Virus record (IMG/VR): IMGVR_UViG_3300043436_001870
Coordinates: 32,001-96,000 of that record
Direction: 5' to 3' (one strand)
Origin: a virus
Length of the DNA stretch: 64,000 bases
Part shown: one piece after another, positions 1-9,380 of the stretch
Position numbering within the stretch: position 1 is the stretch's first letter
Layout of the letters: each line of letters opens with the position of its first letter
The notes under the pieces: generated by a model
Told to the model about the DNA's origin: nothing
The model's database searches: none
What the model saw: only the letters and a program-made list of their open reading frames with translations
Translations under genes and position numbers: made by a program

Positions 1-4
1 TCAA

Positions 5-256
5 TTGTTATGGAAACAATTCATGACAGAGATACTTGATCATCTTTTATGGAATAAACCTGATATTGTTTATGTATTCATGGGTAAGAAAGCTGCAGAG
101 TTTGCAGACATGATACCTGATAATCATCTAAAGATACATGTATCTCATCCGGCTAGTGCTGCCTACATGAAATCTTCAAAGTGGGACTGTGGTGACATGT
201 GGAACAAAATAAATAAATATCTAGAAGAGAATGATAAAAGAAAGATACATTGGTAA
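5..256 (+). CDS. ung: Uracil-DNA glycosylase (family 1), C-terminal part; gene probably begins upstream of the window
   Basis: 'VFMGKKAAEF...HVSHPASAAY...W..IN.YL......I.W' matches the UNG C-terminus (LWG..A, HPSP motif, terminal I.W); the frame is open at the window edge. Confidence 0.8.
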   Translation: MLWKQFMTEILDHLLWNKPDIVYVFMGKKAAEFADMIPDNHLKIHVSHPASAAYMKSSKWDCGDMWNKINKYLEENDKRKIHW

Positions 257-521
257 AGTTGTAATTAGTAGTGCTCTTAATGCTAAATCAGGAGAATGCT
301 GGTTTTATATTGGATCTGAAAACTTTACAAGAGTAGTAGAAAATAAGTGTCTTTATGATGCTCTTTCAGACTATGGTATTGGTTATGAGAAGGCTAAAGA
401 AATAGTAAAAGAATGTGCAAAATCTTTTGATTCTAAAAATAGATTTGATCTCTATACTACTGATCTTTACAAGCCTTTAGGGAATAGTACCAAACCTGCA
501 AAAAGAAATAATAATGAATGA
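231..521 (+). CDS. Hypothetical protein (96 aa)
   Basis: ORF overlapping both neighbours within the operon; no recognisable motif. Confidence 0.55.
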   Translation: MIKERYIGKVVISSALNAKSGECWFYIGSENFTRVVENKCLYDALSDYGIGYEKAKEIVKECAKSFDSKNRFDLYTTDLYKPLGNSTKPAKRNNNE

Positions 522-1104
522 TTTTTATGAATATATTGAGAAGTTGGGTATAACACCCAATGCCTTCTTTGTATTATGGTCAATCAAGGTTAGTAGAAGA
601 ACTAATATTCTCAACCCTTGGGGAGAACTAAGACTTCTCAAAATTGCTGAGCTTATTGATGATCAGTATAAGATCAGTACTAAAGGTCAAGATGTGCTTG
701 TAGAGGGTGAACAACTGCTCTGCAATGGGTCTATGCCTAAGAAAAAGCCAGGGCCTGTTATTGCACACCTTGAGGAGAATGCTGTTAAGTATCTTTTGTT
801 GTTTCCTGCTGGTAAGTTACCTAGTGGTAAAGCTGCTAGAGTAAACATAAAGGATATCATAAAAGCATTTGTATGGTTTTTTAATAACTATGACTATAGT
901 TGGGAAACCATTCTTACTGCTACTGCTTACTACATTGATACATATGAGCAGAATAAATTCATGTACATGAAGAACTCTCAGTACTTTATTCGTAAACAGA
1001 TAACAGGTGTCAACTTTGAGTCTGATCTTGCAAGCTATTGTGAGATTATATTAAACGGAGGTTATGATGAATCCGGTAACCAAATAATTGAGAAAGTTGT
1101 ATGA
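514..1104 (+). CDS. Hypothetical replication-associated protein (possible N-terminal winged helix; initiator/loader-like)
   Basis: 196-aa ORF upstream of the helicase, coupled to its neighbours; function inferred from position only. Confidence 0.55.
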   Translation: MNDFYEYIEKLGITPNAFFVLWSIKVSRRTNILNPWGELRLLKIAELIDDQYKISTKGQDVLVEGEQLLCNGSMPKKKPGPVIAHLEENAVKYLLLFPAGKLPSGKAARVNIKDIIKAFVWFFNNYDYSWETILTATAYYIDTYEQNKFMYMKNSQYFIRKQITGVNFESDLASYCEIILNGGYDESGNQIIEKVV

Positions 1105-1295
1105 CAAAACCACGAGTTAGTTATAGTCTAATTGTATTTATGCTTGCCCTAAGTATTTTATTCTCAGTATTTATTTGGGTAATTGCAAACATCTTCTTTG
1201 AGATATCTCTTGTTCAGCTCTTTTTTATTGAATTAATGTTGTTCATCTCAAGGAAATTATATATGTTTATATCCCGTAAAGTCTTATCAGAATAA
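1101..1295 (+). CDS. Small membrane protein with two predicted TM helices
   Basis: Two long hydrophobic stretches (LIVFMLALSILFSVFIWVIANIFF; LVQLFFIELMLFI); ATGA overlap with the previous gene. Confidence 0.65.
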   Translation: MTKPRVSYSLIVFMLALSILFSVFIWVIANIFFEISLVQLFFIELMLFISRKLYMFISRKVLSE

Positions 1296-1327
1296 ACTGT
1301 AATTCTTACGGTTTAATTCCAACTCCT

Positions 1328-2317
1328 ATGTCAATTACTAATAAGCCCTGGAAGGGGCAGAGGGATGGTTTTACTGAAGCTTTGCAATACATGCAAGGAA
1401 GGCAGAAGGGATTGATCAAAAGTATCAAGACACCTTGGCCAAAATTTAATGATGCCGGCACAGATGGAATAGAATGGAACACTCTTACTGTAATAGGTGG
1501 CCGTTCTGGTGCAGGTAAAACTCTTGTTAAAGACAACATCATTAACAAAGCCTTTGACCTAAACAAAGGAGAGAATTTCCGGATACTAGAATTTCAGTTT
1601 GAAATGCTTGCCCGGGTAACTGCAATACGTGAGTTCTCAAGTATTGTAAGAAGGTCTTATAAGGATTTATGTTCAGCTAATGAACCACTAGATTCTGGAA
1701 TATTACAGACCTGTTATGATTATGCTAAAGAGAAGATCAAACATCCAATTGATGTTGTAGAAACACCAATGTCTGTTTCAGAGATTGAGAATACTATTGC
1801 TGAATATATGGAGGATCATATTAACCATGAAGGTTCTTCTCCTATGTATACTAAGACAATAATTACATTGGACCACTCTTACCTGATTAAGGTAACAGGT
1901 TCTCAGAGTAAGCAGGACATGCTATATGATTTTGCTGAAATGCTGACCAAGCTCAAGAGAAGGTATCCAATTGCTTTTATTATTCTGAGTCAATTGAATA
2001 GAAACATTGACAATCCTGAACGTAATGAGGATGGTCGTGCTGGTAACTACATTATGACATCAGATCTAATGGGTGCTGATGCTTTGCTGCAGCATGCTGA
2101 TATTGTAGTTGGTCTGAATAGACCAGGGTACTTCAAGATTAAGTACTATGGTCCTGAAAGATATATGATTCATGATGAGACTGTCATGGTTATGCACTTT
2201 CTAAAGTGTAGAAATGGTGACACCAGAATGAGTTTTTTTAGAGGAGACTTTGGAACAATGACTGTTGAAGAAATACCAACTCCTCCAAAGCAAGAAAAAC
2301 GTTTAACAACCAAGTAA
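1328..2317 (+). CDS. DnaB-like (SF4) replicative helicase, motor domain only
   Basis: Walker A GGRSGAGKT, FQFEM, TLDH, LSQLNR, GADALLQHADIV and KCRNG motifs. Confidence 0.9.
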   Translation: MSITNKPWKGQRDGFTEALQYMQGRQKGLIKSIKTPWPKFNDAGTDGIEWNTLTVIGGRSGAGKTLVKDNIINKAFDLNKGENFRILEFQFEMLARVTAIREFSSIVRRSYKDLCSANEPLDSGILQTCYDYAKEKIKHPIDVVETPMSVSEIENTIAEYMEDHINHEGSSPMYTKTIITLDHSYLIKVTGSQSKQDMLYDFAEMLTKLKRRYPIAFIILSQLNRNIDNPERNEDGRAGNYIMTSDLMGADALLQHADIVVGLNRPGYFKIKYYGPERYMIHDETVMVMHFLKCRNGDTRMSFFRGDFGTMTVEEIPTPPKQEKRLTTK

Positions 2318-2318
2318 T

Positions 2319-2846
2319 ATGTTGAGTACAGTAAAAAAAACAGAAGACAAAAAAAAGATTTATCAAGAACTAAAAGATTATCATCAACCATTATTTACAG
2401 CATTAGGAATTGAGGAGCCTTTTTATGTTACATCTATGGCATATAAGCCAATAGGTAAGACAGAAAAGTACATCAGTCTATTTCCTAGTCAAATGAAAAG
2501 AGGTGTAGATATCTACACTGAGTTTACAAACAAAGAACTAAAGCCAGAAGATCCAGCACGTACTCTTTATAAGTGGAGATTCAATCCACATTGGAATGAG
2601 GAGTATGAGTCAGTTGAGATTGAAGGTAGTACAGATTCACGTTATCTTGTACCAGTTGCAGAACTTATCTCTTTATCATTACCTGATCCTAAAAGTAAGG
2701 GAGTGGTAACATTTGAAAGTTTTGATGATATTATGGATCCTGATCAGGATTGTCCTATGGACCAAATGACAGCTAGAGATCTTGCTGCTATCTTGTTAAA
2801 GAAGCCAGTCAGTAAGAAGAAGTGGTTGAATGATCTTATCAAGTAA
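2319..2846 (+). CDS. Hypothetical protein (175 aa, starts MLST)
   Basis: Operon-coupled ORF between the helicase and the AAA ATPase. Confidence 0.7.
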   Translation: MLSTVKKTEDKKKIYQELKDYHQPLFTALGIEEPFYVTSMAYKPIGKTEKYISLFPSQMKRGVDIYTEFTNKELKPEDPARTLYKWRFNPHWNEEYESVEIEGSTDSRYLVPVAELISLSLPDPKSKGVVTFESFDDIMDPDQDCPMDQMTARDLAAILLKKPVSKKKWLNDLIK

Positions 2847-2865
2847 AATTAATTAGTTATTTATT

Positions 2866-3609
2866 ATGGATATTATACTTCCCAAAAAGAAGGTACCCAT
2901 GGCATCTACAAGCCCTGAGAACCTGATCATTTTTAGTAAGCCTAAAGTAGGTAAGACAAGTCTATTTGCTGCTCTTGATGACTGCCTGATTCTTGACCTG
3001 GAGAAAGGTTCAAGATATGTTGAGGCATTAAAGATTGCTGCATCTAGTGTGGATGAGATTATGGCTATTGGTAAACAAATCAAAGCTGAAGGATTCCCTT
3101 ACAAGTATGTAGCAGTAGATACTGTTACTGCATTAGAAGAGATGTGTATTCCTCTTGCTGAGCAATTGTATTCACAGTCTGCTCAAGGTAAGAACTGGTT
3201 TACAGAAGGTAAGCTAAAGTATGGTAGTATCTTGAATATGCCGCAAGGTGCCGGCTATCCCTGGTTAAGGGAAGCCATGACTAAGGTTACTAACTATATC
3301 AAGCTATGGGCTCCTAGAGTAATCTTCTCTGGTCACGTAAAGGACATCCTTTTAGAGAAGAATGGTACTGAGTTTTCAGCAATGGACCTGGATCTTACAG
3401 GTAAACTTAAGAGGATAATGACCTCACAATCAGATGCTATTGGGTATTTGTACCGTAAAGGAGATACTAACATCCTTAGTTTTAAGACTAAAGATGATGT
3501 ATCTTGTGGTGCAAGGCCAGAGCATTTGCGTAATAAAGAATTTGAAATTTCAAAGATTAACCCAGACGGTCAAATAGTAGTTGACTGGTCACAAATTTTC
3601 ATCGATTAA
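2866..3609 (+). CDS. AAA_24/Sak4-like P-loop ATPase (putative single-strand annealing recombinase)
   Basis: SKPKVGKT Walker A, LDLEKGS, VAVDTVT Walker B, SGH, SDAIGYL; lies upstream of an SSB-like gene. Confidence 0.8.
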   Translation: MDIILPKKKVPMASTSPENLIIFSKPKVGKTSLFAALDDCLILDLEKGSRYVEALKIAASSVDEIMAIGKQIKAEGFPYKYVAVDTVTALEEMCIPLAEQLYSQSAQGKNWFTEGKLKYGSILNMPQGAGYPWLREAMTKVTNYIKLWAPRVIFSGHVKDILLEKNGTEFSAMDLDLTGKLKRIMTSQSDAIGYLYRKGDTNILSFKTKDDVSCGARPEHLRNKEFEISKINPDGQIVVDWSQIFID

Positions 3610-3619
3610 TTTAAAAGTT

Positions 3620-4321
3620 ATGTTAAGTACTAAAAACATCAACACAGGTGGTGGATCTTCTGTCCCCAAAACATTATCTCCAGGAAACACAGAGATTAAA
3701 ATTAACAAAATAAGACTTGAAACAGTGCCTTACAAGGCAGATGGTTATCATCTTATCCTAGAAGCTGAAGGTCCTGATATGGGTCCTGATTATCAAGGCT
3801 TCCTTATCAATAAAGATGATGCAAGCAGTGGATATTACAAAGGTCAGGTAGGCCGTATCCGTATGTCTGAGTATGCATATGCTGATGGTGTCACTAAAAG
3901 AGGTGATATAATCAAACGTGATGAGGAAATTCTTGCAGCAATCAAGAAGCTGTGTGAAAACTTTGGCTGTGTTGAATGGTTTGATAACCAGGATGAGAAG
4001 CATGATACAATTGAATCTTTTGTTTCTCAGTTTGACCAGGACAAACCATTTGCTGGTAAATACTTACGTGTATGCATTGCAGGCCGTGAGTATAAAAATA
4101 GAGCAGGATATACTGCCTATGATCTTTTCCTACCAAAACCTTCTAGAGAGGGTATACAAATGGAAAGTATCAGTGTACCTGCAGACCTGTCACGTGTTGT
4201 ACAGTACAACGAAGGTCTTCACATAAGAAAAGCTAAGACACAAGATGTTACATCTTTTGGTACTGATGCTGGAGCTAGTGTGACTACCACTAATGATGTG
4301 GCAACTAATTTTGAATTATAA
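3620..4321 (+). CDS. Putative single-stranded DNA-binding protein
   Basis: Follows the Sak4-like ATPase; beta-rich body with a flexible tail ending in hydrophobic residues (NFEL); start moved to the ATG at 3620 (MLSTK). Confidence 0.55.
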   Translation: MLSTKNINTGGGSSVPKTLSPGNTEIKINKIRLETVPYKADGYHLILEAEGPDMGPDYQGFLINKDDASSGYYKGQVGRIRMSEYAYADGVTKRGDIIKRDEEILAAIKKLCENFGCVEWFDNQDEKHDTIESFVSQFDQDKPFAGKYLRVCIAGREYKNRAGYTAYDLFLPKPSREGIQMESISVPADLSRVVQYNEGLHIRKAKTQDVTSFGTDAGASVTTTNDVATNFEL

Positions 4322-4323
4322 TT

Positions 4324-4356
4324 AAGGGGGAGAGAAATCTCCCCTTTCTTATTTTT
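4324..4356 (+). terminator. Intrinsic terminator
   Basis: GGGGAGA-GAAA-TCTCCCC stem-loop followed by TTTCTTATTTTT. Confidence 0.8.
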
Positions 4357-4362
4357 ATTACT

Positions 4363-5334
4363 ATGCTAAGTACTAAGGTTGTATGCAATATCAATGAGGT
4401 TCCTGTAACTTGGATATATGAAACGTATTGTAATCTTACTGAGTCATTGACCGGTCAAGATATTATGATGAAATCTATATTCAATCTTAATGATAAGAAC
4501 CCAAGTTTTTCTATCTATTACAAGAATGGAATGTATAAATGGAGAGACTTCTCAATTGGAGATGGCGGAGATCATATCAATCTTGTAAGGGGTCTGTTTG
4601 ATTTGGATCATGTTAGTGCAGTAAGAAAGGTCATGAAAGATTACCAGACCTTTCTAAGGAGTAATAGGGATGGTTATTCTAGTAATATTATAATTCCACA
4701 GGCTAGGTATTCTGTATCTTCTGTAAATGCTAGATCATGGAATAACCTAGATGCTGTATACTGGACTCAATATAATATTGATTCAGATACATTATCTAAA
4801 TTCAATGTCCGTGCTCTTGAAGAATATACTTTCTCTACAGATGATGACAGCCGACCTGCCATTATCAAAGGTGGTAACTTCATCTATGGTTTCTTTAATA
4901 ATGATGGTCAGATCATGAAGATCTATCAGCCAAGAAATCTTGATATGAAGTTCATTAAGATCCGCGATTACATCCAAGGTATAGAACAACTGGAGTATAA
5001 TCAACCTAATCTAATCATCACCAAGTCCCTAAAAGATGTCATGTGCTTATCCAAGTTTGGTTATAATGCTGAGTACATTGCTGTAGAAAGTGAAGGTGTC
5101 ATGCTTAGAAAAGAAATGATTGATATCTTTAAAAAGAGATACAAGTCTGTGTGCACATTGTTTGACAATGATGGGCCAGGTATAAAAGCCAAGCAAGCCT
5201 ATAAGACTAATTTTGATATAGATGGTATTCACTGCACACTTGCAAAAGATCCTTCTGATTCAGTAGAAAAGTTTGGTCTTGATAAAACAAGAGAAAATCT
5301 AACCCCCTTATTAAGAGAGGTATTAAAGAAATGA
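4363..5334 (+). CDS. DnaG-like DNA primase (crAss-type)
   Basis: N-terminal ZBD-like 'DKNPSFSIY...WRDFSIGDGGD'; Toprim 'IITKSLKDVM...LFDNDGPG...KDPSD'. Confidence 0.85.
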   Translation: MLSTKVVCNINEVPVTWIYETYCNLTESLTGQDIMMKSIFNLNDKNPSFSIYYKNGMYKWRDFSIGDGGDHINLVRGLFDLDHVSAVRKVMKDYQTFLRSNRDGYSSNIIIPQARYSVSSVNARSWNNLDAVYWTQYNIDSDTLSKFNVRALEEYTFSTDDDSRPAIIKGGNFIYGFFNNDGQIMKIYQPRNLDMKFIKIRDYIQGIEQLEYNQPNLIITKSLKDVMCLSKFGYNAEYIAVESEGVMLRKEMIDIFKKRYKSVCTLFDNDGPGIKAKQAYKTNFDIDGIHCTLAKDPSDSVEKFGLDKTRENLTPLLREVLKK

Positions 5335-5849
5335 AAACATATATTGGTATTGATATAGGTAAGAAGGGATCCATTGTGGTTCTTTCCCCAGAAGGTATCC
5401 AGACTCATCCTATGCCTATGATTAAAGATGAGCTTGCTTATTCTGATCTATTTGACTTACTTCAGCATATTCAAATGACTGAGGTAGCTAAAACAGGAGG
5501 CAATCCTCATGTAGTATTTGAGAAGCTAGGTGTCATCTTTGGATCTAGTAAAGTAACAGCATTTAGCATGGGTTACCAGTCTGGAGCTATAGAGATGATG
5601 GCTATTGCCTTAGGTATTCCTTACACAAAGGTACCTGCAAAACAATGGCAGAAAGATATGTTCCAGGGTGTTGATGTTATTAAGAAGACTGGTAAGTCAT
5701 CTAATGATACCAAGGCAATGGCACTTATTGCTGCTAAAAGATTATTTCCCAATCAAAAACTGGTATTTGGAGACAGAGCAACTAAACCACATGATGGATT
5801 AGTGGATGCTCTACTAATGGCAGAATATGCAAAAAGAAAAAACCTATGA
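5331..5849 (+). CDS. RuvC-like Holliday junction resolvase
   Basis: YIGIDIG, VVFEK, VPAKQWQK and HDGLVDALLMA motifs (RNase H fold). Confidence 0.85.
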   Translation: MKTYIGIDIGKKGSIVVLSPEGIQTHPMPMIKDELAYSDLFDLLQHIQMTEVAKTGGNPHVVFEKLGVIFGSSKVTAFSMGYQSGAIEMMAIALGIPYTKVPAKQWQKDMFQGVDVIKKTGKSSNDTKAMALIAAKRLFPNQKLVFGDRATKPHDGLVDALLMAEYAKRKNL

Positions 5850-6217
5850 CAAAAGAACTAAATGTAAAAGGAATGTTCATTGCACTTGAACAACTAGGAG
5901 TACATCATATTGATATAGCTTATTCAGGAGGAGGAGATTCAGGAGCAATTGATGAAGTAAGATTTTATGATAAGGACAAAGATGCAATTGAAGTTGATTC
6001 TAACATAGACCAGATTGTAAATGATCTTGGCTATCATATTCTAGACAAACATTATGATGTTGATTGGTATAATAATGAGGGTGGTTTTGGAACTATTGAA
6101 ATAAATATACCAGATCAAAATTGGACTATTGATGGTTATATCAATGTACAAACTAGTGAAGAGGCTTTTGAATCAGGTTCTTTGACTGATGTTATTGAAG
6201 CATATACTAAAGACTAA
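5846..6217 (+). CDS. DUF6878-like acidic protein
   Basis: 'YSGGGDSGAID...DWYNNEGGFG' motif; typically paired with DUF6915-like genes. Confidence 0.65.
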   Translation: MTKELNVKGMFIALEQLGVHHIDIAYSGGGDSGAIDEVRFYDKDKDAIEVDSNIDQIVNDLGYHILDKHYDVDWYNNEGGFGTIEINIPDQNWTIDGYINVQTSEEAFESGSLTDVIEAYTKD

Positions 6218-6558
6218 TGGCACATCCTTATGATCATGCAAGATCCTCTGCTAAGAAATGGGGAGGAGAGCCTGAAGAGTACATGCACATTCACAACTGG
6301 TTTGATGAAACAAAGTCCTGGTATGCTCACAGTACGCACAGATTATTCAGACATCATAGTGAAGGTATATTTGAATGTGAGAGGGTCTTCGGACCCTTTT
6401 TTATTAACTCTGTAGGTAAAAAAGTAATGACCCGGTATGTAGGGGAACAACATGTAAAAGAAGATTGCTATGGTTATATACCAAGTGCAAAAGAGTGGCT
6501 TCTTAATAGAAACAAGCCACCTGAGTGGATGATTAGAACTTTAAAAATAGAAGACTAA
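6217..6558 (+). CDS. DUF6915-like His-rich protein
   Basis: 'MAHPYDHARSSAKKWGG..EEY..IHNWFDETK...HRLFRHHSEGIF...GEQHVKED' pattern. Confidence 0.75.
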   Translation: MAHPYDHARSSAKKWGGEPEEYMHIHNWFDETKSWYAHSTHRLFRHHSEGIFECERVFGPFFINSVGKKVMTRYVGEQHVKEDCYGYIPSAKEWLLNRNKPPEWMIRTLKIED

Positions 6559-6989
6559 TGGAAGAAACATTAAAACTTACACCAGAAACATGTGATAATA
6601 TTTTGAAGATCATGGAAAGCAATGACCAATCTAATTTAGTTATTGCTACTGAGACAATTAGAAATATTAATGTTGTAGAAAATTTACCTTATTTGTTAAT
6701 CATGTACAAACAGTCATCAGTTACAAATCGTCAAACAGTTTTTCTTGATACAATTAAAGACAAGATTCAGAGTACTTGTAAGACAATAACCTTTACAGAC
6801 AAGGTAAAGGATCTTACATATAATAAGTTGTACTATGAATTGAAAGCTCATAAAGAAATTGATCCTGAGGCAATGAATTACTTCCTTGATAAGTTTTCTG
6901 ATAGTTTGTCAGAGGTTATGATTAGCTGGGGGTTCAGTTTTATGGAAGATTTCAAATTGAAACTTATACCAAGAAAGAATGGATTATAA
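6558..6989 (+). CDS. Helical protein sharing a domain with the 340- and 370-aa proteins downstream
   Basis: N-terminal 'LTPETCDNILKIMESNDQSNLVIATETIRN' aligns by eye with the C-terminal segments of 9381-10403 and 10406-11518. Confidence 0.7.
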   Translation: MEETLKLTPETCDNILKIMESNDQSNLVIATETIRNINVVENLPYLLIMYKQSSVTNRQTVFLDTIKDKIQSTCKTITFTDKVKDLTYNKLYYELKAHKEIDPEAMNYFLDKFSDSLSEVMISWGFSFMEDFKLKLIPRKNGL

Positions 6990-8181
6990 TACATTATCCA
7001 AAGCCAGTAAAGAACTAATGTTGATGGAGCCCTTTTATGGGCTCTTTCTTATTAGTCTTAACAAGGAGTTTGATGAGAAGAGAATACCTACAGCAGGTGT
7101 GTCTAGAAATGGAATCAACTATCAATTGTTGATTAATCCTACATTCTGGACTGAACTACCAAATGAGCATAGAATAGGTCTTCTTAAACACGAGCTTCTT
7201 CATATTGCTTTATTTCACCTTGAGTATGATAACAAGGGGAAAGATAAGGAACTTGTAAATATTGCAATGGACCTTGAGATTAATCAGTACATTGAAAAGA
7301 AATATCTTCCTGAAGGAGGATGCACTATTGACAATGAGACATTTGCTCCAATGAATCTGCCTATAAAAGCTGGCTGGCATACCTATTATGATCTTCTCCT
7401 ACAAGAAGCACAGAATCAGGCACAGTCTCCTATGGGTCAGAAGATTCAGCAAATGGTAGATGCTATTGCTAAAGGTCTATCTCAAACAGAAGATGGAACT
7501 CCTGTACCAGATCACAGCACATGGGAAGAGTTTGAAGGACTCAGTGAAGCTGAGAAAAAGCTTATTAAGTCTCAGATTGAACATAACCTACAACAAGTTG
7601 CTGAGCAGATAGAAAAATCTAGAGGTACAATTCCAGGTGAGCTATCTGGTATTATCAAGAAATTAAAAGAGAAAGAACCACCCAAGTTTGATTGGAAAGG
7701 TTATCTGAGAAGATTTGCCGGTGGTTCTCAGATTGTATATACAAAGAAGCTGAGAAGGAAGGATAACAAGAGATTTGAGGATAACCCAGGTCTTAAGATT
7801 AAGCAACGTAGACATGTTCTTGTTGCTATTGATACTTCACAATCAGTAAGTGATAAAGAATTGATAGAGTTCTTTTCAGAGATTGATCATATTAATGCAA
7901 CTGGTAGTGAGATTACAGTTATACAATGTGATGTAGCAATTAAATCTATCAAGGCTTATAGGAAAGGAGATGAGGTTACAGTTCATGGCCGTGGAGGCAC
8001 AAGCTTTGACCCAGTCTTGGAGTATTATAATGAGAACTTAAGAAAATATTCTTGTCTTGTATACCTCACAGATGGTGAGTGTTATACAGATGTCAATGTA
8101 AGAGGTAGAATGCTTTGGGTTATATCAACCCGTGGGCAAATAAACAAATCATTAAAAGGACCACAAATCAAGTTAAATTAA
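6979..8181 (+). CDS. DUF2201-type zincin metallopeptidase fused to a VWA domain
   Basis: HELLH zinc motif, NIAMDLEINQ, MIDAS DTSQS, GRGGTSF, YLTDG. Confidence 0.88.
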   Translation: MDYNTLSKASKELMLMEPFYGLFLISLNKEFDEKRIPTAGVSRNGINYQLLINPTFWTELPNEHRIGLLKHELLHIALFHLEYDNKGKDKELVNIAMDLEINQYIEKKYLPEGGCTIDNETFAPMNLPIKAGWHTYYDLLLQEAQNQAQSPMGQKIQQMVDAIAKGLSQTEDGTPVPDHSTWEEFEGLSEAEKKLIKSQIEHNLQQVAEQIEKSRGTIPGELSGIIKKLKEKEPPKFDWKGYLRRFAGGSQIVYTKKLRRKDNKRFEDNPGLKIKQRRHVLVAIDTSQSVSDKELIEFFSEIDHINATGSEITVIQCDVAIKSIKAYRKGDEVTVHGRGGTSFDPVLEYYNENLRKYSCLVYLTDGECYTDVNVRGRMLWVISTRGQINKSLKGPQIKLN

Positions 8182-8183
8182 TT

Positions 8184-9374
8184 ATGGCACAAGTAAATCT
8201 TAATACTGATGAACTTAAGAAGTTCATGAACCACATTGTAAGTAACAATCAGTATCTTCAAACTAATGGTAAGATTCCAGTAGCTGTTGCTGTTGAGGGT
8301 GAGGCTGGTATTGGTAAAACCAGTACAATTTTGCAGATTGGTAAAGAACTTGGACTTCAAGTAGTAAAGATTAATCTATCTCAGATTGAGGAGATTGGTG
8401 ACCTTACTGGTTTTCCACTTAAGGAATTTGAAGTAAAGAAACAAGGTGAAGACGGCAAGGTAGTTACCAAGTGGGTACCTGAGTCTTTGATGCCTATGTA
8501 TGTACAGAATAAATATATTCCTTCTGGAGAGAAGAGAATGTCTCATGCTGCTCCTGAATGGATTCAAGGTAGAGGAGAAGGTGGTCTTCTAATATTGGAT
8601 GACTATACTCGTGCTGACCAGAGATTCCTACAAGCTTGTATGGAATTGATTGACCGTCAGGAGTACATCTCTTGGAAGCTTCCAAAGAACTGGCACATCA
8701 TCCTTACTACTAATCCAGACAATGGTGATTACAATGTAAACTCTGTTGACATTGCACAGAAGACCAGATTCATTACTGCAAACTTGAAGTTTGATATTAA
8801 TTGCTGGGCCCAGTGGGCAGAGGAAAATGGTATTGACTCACGTTGTATCAACTTCCTATTGATGAATCCAGATGTTGTAAAGAAGGAAACTAATGCTCGT
8901 GCTATTACTACTTTCTTTAATAGTATTTCAAGCATTCCAAACTTTGAAACTACAGAATCCCTTGCTATGATTCAATTCATTGCTGAAGGTTCTGTTGGAC
9001 CAGAGATTGGTACCATGTTTACCTTGTTCATCAATAACAAGTTGGATAAATTGATGAGTCCAGACAAGGTTCTTCTTGGTGAAAAGTGGGAAGATGTTGA
9101 GAAAGAATTGTCAAGTATCATTGGTAGAGATGCTGCATACAGAGCAGACATTGCTAGTGTAATGGCAACACGTATTATCAATTACACAATTAATTATTCA
9201 AATACCCAAGATGTTACCCAGGCTATTACTGATCGTGTAACAAAGCTTGTAACCACTGAGGTATTCTCATTTGATCTTAAGTATCATATGTTAAAGTCTA
9301 TTCTTAATGGTAACAAGACAAAGTTTGCAAAGCTTATGATCAATACTGAGGTAGCAAAAATGGCTGTTAAATAA
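8184..9374 (+). CDS. MoxR-like AAA+ ATPase
   Basis: GEAGIGKT Walker A, LILDD Walker B, TTNP sensor, AQKTRF arginine finger; start moved to the ATG at 8184 (MAQVNL). Confidence 0.88.
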   Translation: MAQVNLNTDELKKFMNHIVSNNQYLQTNGKIPVAVAVEGEAGIGKTSTILQIGKELGLQVVKINLSQIEEIGDLTGFPLKEFEVKKQGEDGKVVTKWVPESLMPMYVQNKYIPSGEKRMSHAAPEWIQGRGEGGLLILDDYTRADQRFLQACMELIDRQEYISWKLPKNWHIILTTNPDNGDYNVNSVDIAQKTRFITANLKFDINCWAQWAEENGIDSRCINFLLMNPDVVKKETNARAITTFFNSISSIPNFETTESLAMIQFIAEGSVGPEIGTMFTLFINNKLDKLMSPDKVLLGEKWEDVEKELSSIIGRDAAYRADIASVMATRIINYTINYSNTQDVTQAITDRVTKLVTTEVFSFDLKYHMLKSILNGNKTKFAKLMINTEVAKMAVK

Positions 9375-9380
9375 TAGCTT

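Noticed and set aside
3581-3619. Upstream start for the SSB-like gene (likewise 8115 for the AAA ATPase and 16536 for the Nmad1-like gene)
   Set aside because: These extensions overlap the previous gene or run through a terminator hairpin; the ATGs at 3620, 8184 and 16578 have A-rich leaders and fit better
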